64,000 nucleotides of DNA from Anaeramoeba ignava BMAN (Eukaryota; Protista; Anaeramoebae): assembly GCA_028826165.1 (NCBI GenBank), contig JAPDFW010000144.1, forward strand, positions 1-64,000, given 5' to 3'. Within the stretch, counting starts at the first letter, position 1. Every line of letters begins with the position of its first letter. A model generated the notes under the pieces. That model ran no database searches and was not told where the DNA came from. It saw only the letters and a list, made by a program, of their open reading frames with translations. Positions 1-14,306 of the stretch are shown here, piece by piece. The position numbers were made by a program, and so were the translations under genes.

Positions 1-1
1 T

Positions 2-3000
2 TATGCAGTTACACAAAAATTTTTCTTTGATACTCTTGTTATTTCTGAACAATTTAAAAATGCGAAATCTGAAGAAACAAATTCTTTTTTTGGATTTTCC
101 AACAAAAATGTTTATGAAAATTTAGTAACTTTTTGGTTCAAAGTTGAAGGATTTGCAAGATTTAATCTCAAAAAAGCATTAATTGCAATTTATAAATCAC
201 AATTAGATGAAAATTTATGTTCTGAAAGTAAAAAAACTACTGATTTTATCATGTCAGTATATGTTAAAAGTATCATTTTGCAACAAAAAATAAATATAAA
301 TGAAAAAGAAGAAAAAGAATCTTATTTTCAAATAAATCAAGATGTGAATAAATATTCAAATCCTCTTATTAACAAAAATAGAAATAATATAACAGAAACA
401 AGAAGTGGAATTCCTGAAGAACAATCATCAAGATATATTTTTATAGATTCCTTAATTGAAACATCAAGTGATTTTAAATATTATCAAATAGGAGTTGATA
501 TTACAACCAAAATAATAGATATGATTACTTACAACCAAGATCCTAGTGTTTATGCTGATTTTGTTGTTATTTTCTTGCAACAAGCAATTCATTTTTGTTA
601 TTTACCTGAATTTAATTTTAAATTTGGAGGTGTTAATACACTTTCTGTATTATGTCCTCGATTAACAAGATTAATTACAGTTGAATATCAAAATAAAATT
701 ATTAGTGCACTTATACTTGTGATCAAAGATACAATTTCAAAATATTCCTTTATAATCCTAAAAAGAGCTGAAACAACTTTAACAGATTTAATATACTCAA
801 TTTCCTCTTTTTATTATTCTGAAAAACAAGAAAGTAAAAATAATAATATTATTGAAGAACAAGATTTATTTAAAGAAAATAATGTAAATGAAAATATGGA
901 AATTGAAATGGAAATTGAAATGGAACAAGAATACAAAAGAGACTTTTTTAACTATGAAGAAGAAATTGATCAGAATATCCAAAACATTCCTAAAGTTTTT
1001 GTTGAATCAATTTCTTTATTATTACAAGAACTTTTTTCTCACAAAAGAAGAATTAGAATAATAATTAAAGAAATATTAAAAATTGCTTATGAAAGTAATC
1101 AAGAAGATAATTTGTGTATTTTCACTGATTTTATCAAAAAGTTCCTTTCTAAATTTAATTGGGATGAAAATAATTATGGTAAAAATATTAGAGTTCTTGA
1201 TGGAATATCTTTTATGTTGAATTTAAATCCAAAAATATTATCAAGTAGTAAATCATATTTATACTTAATTTTACAAAAATCTATCATTTATATAGATCAA
1301 ATACAAGAAAAACAAGATGAAGATAAAAAAAATTAAATAAAAGATTTATTCATGATCCAAATATAGCTTGTTTAATCAAATTTATTACTGAAATTTTCAT
1401 ATCCAAAATACTAAATGAAAATGAAAATGAAAATGAAAATAATCATAAAATTAATATTGAAACATTATTTTCTCTTTTATTCTCAAGCAATGATGAAATT
1501 AGTGCACAAGTAAGAATGCATATTAAAATGATTGAAATTCCCGAAAAAATTAGTGAACCTTTATTCGAAAAATTTTGGATACAAAGAAAAAAACAAGAAT
1601 TTAAAGATTTAACTCAACCATTATTAATTAATATTAATTTACTTGCAGAAATTTTCCCAAATTTTGTTGATCCATCTTTTGTGAATTTTTAGTTGAGATA
1701 CTTAAAAATAAATGTTTGAAAATTAAACAAGAAGATATAAATTTGATCAATATTATTGTTAGTATAATTTCACATACAAATTCTGAAAAGTATTTTATAG
1801 ATATTAAAGATTCAATAATGAATTTGCAAGCACAATTACAAGATTATTCTTTATGGGCAGATACTTTCCAATCTTTCATTTTATATTTTAACAAATTCTC
1901 ACAAAAACTATTGAATACTTTTTATCAAAAGAATGTCTCGATAACAAACAAGAAATTTACTGTTTCATTTCAATATTTTACCAAGAAAAAGCACAAAATT
2001 TACACAATGGATTAATTGAAAGAAGTCAAGAATTTATTGATATTTTTTCAATGAACTTACAAAATATATCTTTAGGTGATCAAAAAGAATTATGAATTAC
2101 TAGAATCACAAAAATGGAGATTTGGATTGGAATTGATGCAAATTTTATTTCATTTTTCATCAAATAAATTTGTCGAGAATAAACTTTTTATGAATACTGT
2201 AATAACATTTTTGGAAAATATATCAGTTCAGTTTGATAGAGCAATCAGATTTTTATCGACAATATGAACCTGAAAGCTTTGCAAGAATAATAATATTTTA
2301 TCTTAAATTAAATAAGGATATTGATATTTTATTTCAGTTAGCTCAATTTTTCCAAATGAAATCATTAATTGATTATCAATCTATAAAAAACTTCTTTTTT
2401 AAAGAAGCACCAAAAATATTCAATGATTACAAAGAAATGATTTTAGATGGATTTTTGAAAAATTTTAAAAATGCAAAAACTCTAAATAAAATAGCTCATT
2501 CTACATGTGAAATGAGAGCATTGATTATCCCATTACTTCTAAATGAATTTACTCAAAATAATGGAGAAAGTAATGTTTCAAATAAGGTTTTGGAAATTAT
2601 AAATGATTCAATTGATATATTTTCTAATTTTAGTTACAGTTATCTTGAAAATGATGAAAAAATAAATTTTAATCAAGATATTTACAATTATGAAAACTAT
2701 TTAATAACAAAATTAGTCAAATATTCTTTCCAATTAATTTATTTGGTTACATTTGAAAAAATCAAAAGTATTCCAAATTTATTTATGAAAATTATGGAAT
2801 TTTTATGGTTCCAAACAGGAAGTATTAATATAAAAATACGAGAAGAAACTTATTCATTACTTATTCAAGCTATTGAATTAATCAAGAAAACTAAACAATT
2901 CCCACTTTATATAAGGTTATATCAATTAATATTAGAAGATATAAAAAAATCAAATCAAGAACAAACTCTTTGGAATTATTTGAAAATAGTAATGAGAAAA

Positions 3001-6000
3001 CTTGAAAATAACACAGAAAATAATATAAATAACAAAAATTTTCCTGAATGGACTTTAATGTTTAAAGAATTTTTTGATCATGAAAAGTTTTTAAAAAATA
3101 TTTATAAAGAAAAACCACCTCCAATTTGTCAATTTATAATTGAAGAAGAAGATATTTTTTATAAATATAAAGATCTATTTACATTTCCAATTATTGAACA
3201 TATTCAAAACTTAGAAATAACTAGATCAAATTTAGATTGTGGATTTGAGCTAATTTATATTATTATTAATTGGAAAATCAAATCAAATGAGAAAGAAAAA
3301 GACTTAAAAAATATTATGGAAATTGAATCAAATTTACAAAAACAAACACAATTAAATGAAAAATATGATGCAATTATTTTCCATAAATTGAATAAATTAA
3401 TATTTAATTTTCTAATAAAGGAAAGATCTTTTAAAAGAGATATTAACAGATGGTTTGATTTGATTGAGAAATCTTTTGAAGGATGGGCTAATATTTCTAT
3501 TTCATTTCCAGATATTATTGGTAATTTTCCAAATGAAAATAATCCATTCCTTTGGCTTTCAAATACAGTTATAACAATTTTATGTATTTTAAGTAAACAT
3601 CAACCAATATCATTTCTACTTAAAAATGGGAAAGAATTAGCAGCTTTTCTGAATACAATACTTATTACAGAAAATAAAGAAATTGTTATAAAAGTTTGTT
3701 ATTTACTAAAAAACTTACTTAAACAAATAACAAATTCTAGTAAACAAAAAAATCAAAATCAAAATCAACAAAATTATAACGATAATGATATGCGAAAATT
3801 TTCAATGACTCTTAAGCAAATTATTCAAGTTATCGAGAAAAAAGTTGCACCAAATACAGATCCAAGAACAAACATCAGAAAATTATTTGGAGTTTCAGAA
3901 TTCTTTAGAACTGTTTATTATCAAATTCCAAACTATCTTGATCAACATTTACCAGATTTACTTTTATATTTTGAACAAGTGATTGTTGTTCATATTGATC
4001 ATGTTAAGAAACCTATTAATATTAATGAAGAATCACAAAATGATGTTGTGAATAGTATTCGCGATTGTTTTTTCATGTTGTCTTTTAGAATAAATAATTT
4101 TCCTTATTTAAGAAAAAGATTTTTAAGAGGAGTAAGAAAAATTATACTTCAATGTGGAGATTTTGGGTTAATATTTGATGTTTTCAAAGTTATTAAAAAT
4201 TGGATAATTGATAAAAATCTGAATGAAAATCAAAACGAAAATAAGATATTTGAAGATTCTTTTAAAACTAAAGATCCAGAAAAACTTCAAAAAATTACAG
4301 GATGGGAAAATTTCCATGATCGTATTAATATCTCTTTAACATTGGAAGAAAAACTTAAATTTATCAGTGATTTTACAGCAGCTTATCGAAATATAGAAAT
4401 TAGAAATAATCCAAATAACCCAGAATTACATCAATTAATTTTTGAAATATTGTTAGAATGTTCTAAATTGGATTATATAGAAAATACAGATATTTTTTTA
4501 GAACAAATATTATATCTTGGATTTGTTTCTCAAAACAAAAAAACAAAAGATCAATTTTTCCAAATTATTCATCAAAAAATGCCAAAGAATACATTAAGAG
4601 AAAGAATATTATTTGTAATTTTAAGTGATATTTGGAAACCTAAAATACCAACTTGGATTAATGAAATATTGAAATTATCAATTAGTTTATATGATCCAGA
4701 AGCTCTTTGTCTAGGATCAATTTTCACATTTTTTAAAAAGAAAGAAATTAATAATGAATTTAATGATTTGCAAATTAATGCTAAAGTTATGGAAGAAAAA
4801 ATACAAAAATTGTTATTTATTATTCCAGATCGGAAATATTTAAAAATACGAGAATTAATTGAACCAATAATTGATTTAATTGACGAAGAACCACAAATGA
4901 TTCAAGCTTTATGGCCAAGTTTATTTTCACAATTCTGGGGAAATATTTTAAATAATGATGAAGAAAGAAGAAAAGTTGCAGTTTCTCTTGTTGATTTTCT
5001 TTTGAAAGAATCATATACTATTAATCGAGATCTTTGCAAAGTAATATTAGATGGATTTTTATATTCAGAACCACGTGTTAGAATATCAATCCAAAAAATC
5101 AAAAACATTGCAAAACAATTTGGACATTGGTATATTGCTGTTGCTATGATGGAAGCATATCATTCAAAATCAGTAGGATTATTAACACATGCGAAAAACA
5201 TTCGAGAAGTTGAAGAAATTGATGAAGCAAACTGCGAGTTATCTGTGATGTTTATGCAACTTGGAGAGATAGATTTGATGTATGGATTGTGGGATATGAT
5301 ATCTGTTAATCAAGAAACAAAACAAGGAATAGCGTTTGTTCAACATGGAATGTGGAAACAAGCTCAAGAATATTTTCTTAAATCAATGGGGAAAGTTGAA
5401 TCTAAATTTGCAGAAAACAATCCAGGAAAAGGAGAACTTGGATTCTCTGAAGAGCAGTGGATTTATTGCTCACAAATAATTGGAGATTATTCAACTCTTC
5501 TTGGATTTTCAGAAAAAATAAATCATTCAGAATTATTGTTGGATTCAGCATGGAATTTGGGGAAATTGAAACATATAGCACGAGCATTAAAACAAAATTC
5601 ACAAACATTGGAAAGAGCTCAACAATTATTATATCAAGGATATTTGTTTTATACTCAAATTAATTTGAATATTATTGAAGCTAAATTTAAAAATTTTGTT
5701 AGAAATCCAATACAAAGTAATTTGAATGAACAAACTACATTTGAAAGCATAAATCAAAATCGAAATTTCCAAAAATCATTTCTCTTTAAAAAATCAACAA
5801 GTGAAAATGATATTAGTAATTTAAAAACAGTTGTAGATCAAGAAAATTCAAATAATCCAAATACAAATGAAGAACGTCCAACAAGAAAAATTTCTTTTTG
5901 GGATGAAGAAAATGCAAATAATAAAACAAACTCAGTAAATCAAGAATCTAAAGAAAATCATAATACAAATAAAAATTTGAATGGATATCAAACAAAAATA

Positions 6001-8916
6001 GAAACTGATGAAAATGAGAAACAAAGAATAATCAAAACAAAACAAAAAATGAGAAGATTTGATTCTTTTGAAACTTTTGAATTTGAATCACTAAGTGATA
6101 TTATTCATTTAAAAGCTGCTTATCAAGAAGGAATTTTGTATTTAATTACTGAATGGGATACATTACCTAAAAATTTAAGCAATTTACATATTAGATTTCT
6201 CCAAAAATTTCAACCATTTATTGAATTTTTTGAATCAATCAAAGTATTTAAAATTATCAAAAATTCATTAGAAAATAACACAAAAACAGAAATGGAACAT
6301 TTTCTTACAATGTGGAAAAACAGAATTCCAGATATTCATGAAGAATTATCGATTTGGAATAATTTATTTGTTTGGAGATTTCATATATTTGGGAATATTG
6401 AAAGAGTTTCCAAATTTAATATTCACAACAAATTTGAAAATATGGCAATTTATCAATCAGCAAAAGCATTAATTTTGATTGCGAAAATTTTTAGAAAACA
6501 AGGATTACCAAATAATGGAATTAGATATTTAGATCGAATCCATACCTTCTCGATTGTAACAACAAATGATATGTTTCAAAATTTAAAAGAAAAAACCAAA
6601 TGTTGTTTAGAAGTTCCAAATCGAATTCCAGAATTTCTTCAATTTCTAAATGATGATCAATTAAATAATTTTCCAGATCATAATCAAAGATCAACTTTGA
6701 AAAGATGTCAAGCAGAATTATATTCCAAACTTTCATTTTTTCAAGAAGCCAATGAAAAATTTTATCAAAGTACAAAAATATCTCAATTTGTTGGAAGTAA
6801 TTGGAAAGCATGGGGTAAATTTTGTGATCAAATGTGGAAAAAAACCAAGAATATTTCTTGGGTTAAAGAAGCAATAAAAAATTACATTCAAACTATGATA
6901 TTTGGAGAAGATAAACAAGCTGATATTGCACCAAGAATTATTTATCTATCAAGATATGAAAACATGAGTGATGAAAACATTCCTCGATTATTAATAAATG
7001 ATACACCTATTTATGTTTGGGTTATTTGGATACCACAATTAATTTCAGAAATTATTCAAAGAAATCACATTCCTATCTACAAGAATTTATTAGCTAAAAT
7101 ATCGTTGGTTTATCCGCAAGCTGTTTATTATCATCTCCGTTCATCAATTCAACAAATTTTATCTCTTGAAAAATTGGGAATTTTGGAAATAAATTTGATT
7201 ATTAGAGCGTTAAATGATATTATGAAATATTTGAAACAAAATGAAATTATAAAGAAAAAAATGTCTAAGAAGACAAATTTTGAAGAATCATCAACAGAAC
7301 AAATTGATAATATTATTCGATCTGTAATTTCAAATTTCCAATCAACACTTTCTGATGAATGTTTAAATGATTTAGATAAAATTTATTATAAAATTATTAA
7401 TTCATGTGAGACATTTGATGGTTTCATTTCTTTAGAAGATATTCAAGAAGTCATTAAGAAATATTCACAAGAAAAGTCATTAAAGGAGATTTTTGAATTT
7501 TCAGAAATTATAAAATTAGAGAAAAAGAACCCAGAATTATCAAAAATTAAAGTATCTGAAATCCGAGATATAATTAGAGCAACTACAGCTTCTCTTCGAA
7601 GATTATTCAGATCAAATATGGAGAATAAATATGTTGAAGATTTTGATTTTGCACTTTCACAAAGTAGATTTGAAGATAATATTGAAGTTCCAGGTCAATA
7701 TTTAGAACCTAATTTTTACATTGATAAACATCGAAAAATTTATTGTATTCATCCTGAATTTCAATCAATAATGAAATCAAATGTTGTATTTCGCAAGATT
7801 AAATTTGTTGATAATTGTGGAGATTTTCATGATTTTATTGTTGAAAGAATGAGTTATTTGGATTCGAGATCTGAGGAAAGAGTTATACAATTTATGCGTA
7901 TTCTGAATATTCATTTGGATAAATATTATCAAACTAAAAAAAGAGGAATTAAGTTTACATTACCAGTTATTTTACCATTAACAAAAGATGTAAGAATTTT
8001 TAAAGGGATGAGTGATGTTGTATCGTTTTCCGAAGTTTGTGAAGATTATTTTTATCAGAAAGGAATATATTTTGAAAATCCCATTATATATCATTTTAAT
8101 AAGATTAGCAAATTTAAAAAATTAGAAGAAAAATCAACAGAAAAAAATGAAATGAAGAAAAAACAATATTTGATGAAAATATTCCAAAAGATACAAAACA
8201 AATTTGTTCCTCCACCCTTATTCCATTTATTTATGTTTTCAATGTTTTCATCTGTTTATGAAACTTGGGTTTTTAGGAAGCAATTTACAATACAACATGG
8301 ATTGAATTCTTTAATAAAATTTTTATTTAGTATTGAAGATAAGCCAATAAATAGGATTTATTTTGACAGAACATCAGGGAAATTGATTCATACAAGAATG
8401 AATATGAAAATTGAATCAGATGAATTACTTTATGAATATAAACCAAATGATGTTCCAATGAGATTAACACCAAATATTATTGGATTCATGTCAAATATTG
8501 GAGTTGAAGGAACATTTTCAGTTGTTTTAACTTGTTCTTCTCTTTGTTTTACTAAGAAAGAGTTTAGTTTAGAAAATTGTCTTAATTTAATTATTAAAGA
8601 TGAAATGTTTTCAAAAAGAATTGAAAAAGTTATTTCCAATGAAAATTATCAAACGAAAATAAGTAATTATAATCAAATTGATGATTATTTGATAATTGAT
8701 GAAAATTTTTTGGATAAAATGGAAAAAAATGTTGAAAAAATTCTTAATAGAATTAATTTACTTTCACCAAAAGAATCATTAGAAAATTTAAATCAAAATC
8801 AAAATCAAAATCAAAATCAAAAACCAATAAATTGGTATGCAAAAGAATTAATATATCATTGTTCAAATATTGAGAATATTTCATTAATTAAACCTAACTT
8901 TTTTCCTTGGTTTTGA
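2..8916 (+). CDS. TRRAP: TRRAP/Tra1-like PIKK pseudokinase (5' end outside the window; about 5 apparent frameshifts between ~1330 and ~2235)
   Basis: Very long HEAT/FAT-like ORF with FAT motifs (QHGMWKQAQ, WKNRIPD..E.LSIWNNLFVWR, VWIPQL, YPQAVYYHLR), a PI3K-like domain (RSEERVIQF, VPMRLTPNI) lacking the catalytic DRH/DFG residues, and a FATC end (..PNFFPWF*). The frame is open from base 2 and continues across homopolymer indels. Confidence 0.9.
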
Positions 8917-10052
8917 AAGAAGAAGAAAATAATTAAATTATAAATATGAATATAAATATAAATATAAATATAAATATAAATATAAATATAAATATAAATA
9001 TAAATATAAATATAAATATAAATATAAATCAAAATCAAAATCAAAATCAAAATCAAATTCAAAATCAAAATCAAAATCAAAATCAAATTCAAAATCAAAA
9101 TCAAATTCAAAATCAAATTCAAAATCAAAATCAAATTCAAATTCAAATTCAAATTCAAATTCAAAATCAAATTCAAATTCAAATTCAAATTCAAATTCAA
9201 ATTCAAAATCAAAATCAAAATCAAAATCAAATTTAAAATCAAATTCAAATTCAAATTCAAATTCAAATTCAAAATCAAATTCAAAATCAAAATCAAATTT
9301 CAAAAATCAAAATCAAATTCAAATTCAAATCAAAATCAAAATCAAATTCGAATTCAAAATCAAAATCAAAATCAAAATCAAAAAATAATATATTGGTATG
9401 CAAAAGAATTAATATATCATTGTTCAAATATTGAGAATATTTCATTAATTAAACCTAACTTTTTTCCTTGGTTTTGAAAGAAGAAGAAAATAATTAAATT
9501 ATAAATATAAATATAAATATAAATTTAAATATAAATATAAATATAAATATAAATTTAAATTCAAATTCAAATCCAAATTCAAAATCAAAATCAAATTTAA
9601 ATTCAAATTTAAATTCAAATTCAAATTTAAATCCAAATTCAAATTCAAAATCAAATTCAAATTCAAAATGAAAATGAAAAAATAATAAATTGGTATGCAA
9701 AAGAATTAATATATCATTGTTCAAATATTGAGAATATTTCATTAATTAAACCTAACTTTTTTCCTTGGTTTTGAAAGAAGAAGAAAATAATTAAATTATA
9801 AATATAAATATAAATATAAATTTAAATATAAATATAAATATAAATATAAATCAAAATCAAATTCAAATTCAAATCCAAAATCAAAATCAAATTCAAATTC
9901 AAATTCAAAATCAAATTCAAATTCAAATTCAAATTCAAAATCAAATTTCAAAAATGAAAATGAAAAAATAATAAATTGGTATGCAAAAGAATTAATATAT
10001 CATTGTTCAAATATTGAGAATATTTCATTAATTAAACCTAACTTTTTTCCTT
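8830..10052 (+). repeat. Tandem array containing four copies of the TRRAP FATC-coding tail
   Basis: TGGTATGCAAAAGAATTAATATATCATTGTTCAAATATTGAGAATATTTCATTAATTAAACCTAACTTTTTTCCTT occurs at ~8833, ~9394, ~9691 and ~9977 (the last lacks GGTTTTGA). Copies are separated by (ATAAAT)n/(AAAATC)n microsatellite. Confidence 0.95.
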
Positions 10053-10162
10053 TTCCTTTTTTCTTTTTTCTTTTTGTGAAATTTTTTCTTTTTAAAAAAA
10101 AAATTCAAAAATTTAACAATTTAAAAATTTCATTTTTCTTCACTTTTCTTTTATTATTGAAA

Positions 10163-11415
10163 ATGAAAGTTTTTATTCTTTATGCTCATGTAACAATTTT
10201 CACAAACAGAAATCCCTTTTTTCTTTTACTAAATTTCTTTTTCATTTTTTTTTTAAAACAAAACAAAAAAGCCTGAACCAAAATCTTACAATTGCAAACT
10301 TAAGAATAAAGCCTTTACAACACTTACTAGACAAGGACATGAAGTTAAAGTGAGTGATCTTTATGCAATGGAATGGAAAACAGTTGCTGATAAAGTAAAA
10401 AAATTAATAAAATAAATTTGCTTTTTTTTCTTTTTGCTTTTTTTTTTCTTATTTTTGTTCTCTTTTTTTTTATTTAATTTTTAAAGGAAGATTTTACTGA
10501 ATTAGAAAGCAAAGATTTTTTAAAATATCAAGTTGAACAAAAGAAAAGAAAATTAACAGAAGATATTTTAGAAGAACAAAAAAAAGTAGAATGGGCAGAT
10601 TTAATTATAGTTCAATTTCCATTTTGGTGGTTTGGAGTAAATTTTGAATTATTATCCAAAAATAAAAATAATAAAAATAAAAATAATAGAAATAATAATA
10701 AAAATAACAAAAATAATAATAATAAAAATAAAAATAATAATAATAAAAATAATAAAAATAAAAATAATAATAATAAATATAATAATAAATATAATAATAA
10801 TAAGGTTCCAGCTATTATTAAAGGATGGATGGATAGAGTTTTAACTAGTGGTTGGGCTTATTCTTGGCCTAATATTTATGATAAAGGACCTTTCACTAAA
10901 AAGAAAGTGCTTATTTCAACAACAACTGGAGGACCAGATGCTTTGTATACTGACAAAAATTTAAATGGAGATATTATTCAAATTCTTTTCCCAGTTCTTC
11001 ATAGTTGTAACTTATTCTTTTTTACATTAAAATTTTCCTTTTTCCATAAAAAAATTTTTTTTTTCTTTTCGGGAAAATTTCTTTTTTAATCCATTTTCTT
11101 TTGCTTTTTTTTTAATAAGTTTATTTTTGCGGATTTCAAATTCTTCAACCTAATCTTATTTTTTCACCAGCTCATTCAGAAGTTGATCGAAAAAGAGTAA
11201 TTTAAAACCAAAAACAGTTTTAAATTAAAATGGTTCTAATTTATTTATATTTTTTTCTTTCTTTCTTTTTTTAATTTTAGGATTTAAAAAGTTGGGCAGC
11301 TCGACTTAAAAAAATTAGTGAAGAAAAACCACTTCCATTTTCTCGTCAAGATGAATATTGCGAACTTACTTCTTTAAAGAAGACTGATATGGATATTTTA
11401 ATGAGGAAAAAATAA
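10163..11415 (+). CDS. NAD(P)H dehydrogenase (quinone), Flavodoxin_2/NQO family, 6 exons
   Basis: The spliced translation is MKVFILYAH|PEPKSYN..GHEVKVSDLYAM..|..EQKKVEWADLIIVQFPFWWFG|VPAIIKGWMDRVLTSGWAY..ISTTTGG..|..FCGFQIL. These are typical NQO motifs, and all introns are GT-AG. Confidence 0.9.
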
Positions 11416-11612
11416 AAGGAAAAAGAAAAAATTCTCAAAAAAAAAAAAAACAAATCAAAATTATTTCTTCAATTCATTTCTTTTTTAATTCCAAACCTTT
11501 CTTTCTTTTTTTGCTTTCTTTCCAAAAAAACAACAATTAAAATTCAAAAATCAAAAAATATTTTTTTCATTTTTTCATTTTTTCATTTTTAATAAAAATT
11601 ATAATAATAAAA

Positions 11613-12338
11613 ATGGTTGTTGGATTTTTAATTCATGTTTTTACACCCAAACCTTCAATAAATTCAATTTTATTTTCTAATTTTTATTCTACAAAATTAA
11701 ATGATGAAGATGAAATTAAAAGATCAACAGCAATTATTCAACAAGTTATTCAAGATTATTCATTTCAAGAAAAATGTTTAAAATCAACACCAATTAATGA
11801 AGGGATTGATTCCAAAATGTAATCAAAAATTCAATTCAAAAATTCAATTCAAAAATTCAATTCAAAATCATTTAATGAAACACTTTTTTTTCTTCTTAGA
11901 AAAATTCAAATTCAAGAAAAAAGTGTCAATATTGGAAGTTTTAGAATCCCTAAAGGAAAATTATTTGATTCACCCAAAATAGTTTTATGGAAAAAAGTCT
12001 ATGAGTATCAAAATTTCAAATTTATTCATATTCATTTTTATTCCTTTTAATTTCAAATTATTTTTTCATTTTATAGGGTTTTTTATACTTTAATTCTTGA
12101 AAAAGATGAAAATCGAAAACTTGCCAAATATTTTTTACAACAATTTGTTTTATCTTTGAATGATTTATTTCGAGATGATAAAATTTCTTCTAAACCTCGA
12201 GATTTATTTACAAAAGCAGAAGAAGTTTTAATTTTGGTTGATCAAACTTTACCAGGAGGTCAATTAATTTATCCAAATTCTTATCTTATGAAACATATTC
12301 AAAAACAAACAAAAACATTAATTTCTGAAAAGAAGTGA
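11613..12338 (+). CDS. AP5S1: AP-5 complex sigma subunit, 3 exons
   Basis: The N-terminus MVVGFLIHV resembles AP5S1 MVHAFLIH. The middle has GSFRI..PKIVLW and FYTLILEKDENRKLA, and the C-terminus has LPGGQLIYPN. There are two GT-AG introns. Confidence 0.8.
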
Positions 12339-12469
12339 AAAGAAATTTTTTTTCTTATTAAATTTCTTCAAAAATAAAAAATTAAATCAAAAAAAAAAAG
12401 TGGAATTGATTTTGATTTTAGATTTTTGATTATCCAAAAATTCCAAATTCTCAAATAAATTTTTTCCTT

Positions 12470-13149
12470 TCAAGCAAAAGTCAAATCCTTGAAAAAAAAT
12501 TGCCAAAAAATTCCAAAAAAACAAAGTAATAAACAACCACAACCAGCAAGTGAAATTATAACTATTGATTCACCAAGAGTAACAGAATATAATTTCCCAC
12601 ATTCATCTTTCTAAAAATTAAATTAAATATTAAATTAAAAATTAATTAAATATTTTCAAAATATTTTTCTTACAACTCCTTCTCTTGTTGCCCAAACTAA
12701 TCCAATTATTGACCAAACAATCAAGAATAAAGAAATTAATCCATTTAAAAATTCATAATTACATAAAAATTTCGATTTAATAAAAAAATTGGAAATAATA
12801 TTGTAACTCCTAAACAAATATTAAAAACTAAAACCCAAGTCCAAAGTGGTTTTGAACAATCCTAAATTTAAAAAAAGCAAAAAATAATTTTGTCCCGAAT
12901 TTAAATTAAATCTTATTTTAATTTTAATTTAAATTTTAATTTACTTTATCTTTATCTTTTGAAGCAACTCCAAGTGATGGTGCAATTATAATAATAATAA
13001 TGATTGAATTTACAATCCAAATTGGAAGAACTTCACCTTTTGTTTTTTTAAAAGAAAAGAAGAATTAAATTGAAAAAAAAATATTATTTAAATTATAAAA
13101 ATAAATTAATTTAAATTTAAATTTAAATTTAAAGCAAACTTGTTCTCAT
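12470..13149 (-). CDS. Small multi-TM protein (TMEM272-like), tandem copy 1, 4 exons
   Basis: Spliced MRT|SEVLPIWIVNSII..APSLGVASKDKDK|DCSKPLWTWVLVFN..LIVWSIIGLVW..|KDECGKLYSVTLGE.. It is part of a ~900 bp triplication. The family label is tentative. Confidence 0.65.
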
Positions 13150-13422
13150 GTTATTATTATTAAAAAACAATTAAAAATGAAAAAGAAAAAATGAAATCCA
13201 AAAAATAAATATTTTTTCTTTCTTTTTTTGTTAATTATTTTTTATTCTTTTATTCTGAAATTAAAAAGTGAAATTAAAAAAAAAGTGGAATTGATTTTGA
13301 TTTTGATTTTGATTTTGATTTTGATTTTGATTTTGATTTTGATTTTAGATTTTTGATTTTGATTTTGATTTTAGATTTTTGATTATCCAAAAATTCCAAA
13401 TTCTCAAATAAATTTTTTCCTT

Positions 13423-14091
13423 TCAAGCAAAATTTATATCCTTCAAACCACATTCCCAACAAATTCCAAAAAGACAAAGTAATAAACAACCACAACCAGC
13501 AAGTGAAATTATAACTATTGATTCACCAAGAGTAACAGAATATAATTTCCCACATTCATCTTTCTAAAAATTAAATTAAATATTAATTAAAAATTAATTA
13601 AATATTTTCAAAATAATTTTCTTACAACTCCTTCTCTTGTTGCCCAAACTAATCCAATTATTGACCAAACAATTAAGAATAAAGAAATTAATCCATTTAA
13701 AAAATTCATAATTACATAAAAATTTCGATTTAATAAAAAAATTGGAAATAAGATTGTAACTCCTAAACAAATATTAAAAACTAAAACCCAAGTCCAAAGT
13801 GGTTTTGAACAATCCTAAATTTAAAAAAAGCAAAAAATAACAATTTTGTTCATATTATGTTTTTAATCTTATTTTAATCTACTTTATCTTTATCTTTTGA
13901 AGCAACTCCAAGTGATGGTGCAATTATAATAATAATAATGATTGAATTTACAATCCAAATTGGAAGAACTTCACCTTTTTTTTGTTTTTTTAAAAGAAAA
14001 GAAGAATTAAATTGAAAAAAAAATATTATTTAAATTATAAAAATAAATTAATTTAAATTTAAATTTAAATTTAAAGCAAACTTGTTCTCAT
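13423..14091 (-). CDS. Small multi-TM protein (TMEM272-like), tandem copy 2
   Basis: Near-identical to copy 1 with the same intron positions. An A-run near 13700 is longer, giving a possible frameshift or sequencing error. Confidence 0.6.
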
Positions 14092-14306
14092 GTTATTATT
14101 ATTAAAAAACAATTAAAAATGAAAAAGAAAAAATGAAATCCAAAAATAAATATTTCTTTTTCTTTTTTTATTAATTATTTTTTATTCTTTTATTCTGAAA
14201 TTAATAAGTGAAATTAAAAAAAAAGTGGAATTGATTTTGATTTTGATTTTGATTTTAGATTTTTGATTATCCAAAAATTCCAAATTCTGAAATAAATTTT
14301 TTCCTT

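Noticed and set aside
1320-2240. Programmed frameshifting or pseudogenisation of TRRAP (also DDX6 ~29050, DMXL ~48850, FEN1 ~63457)
   Set aside because: The breaks lie in or near homopolymer runs of otherwise intact conserved genes, which is typical of long-read indel errors.
8856-9742. ORFs such as ILILIL, FDFDFE and NININI (also at 17.3, 31.7-32.5 and 62.7 kb)
   Set aside because: They are translations of stop-free hexamer microsatellites, not genes.
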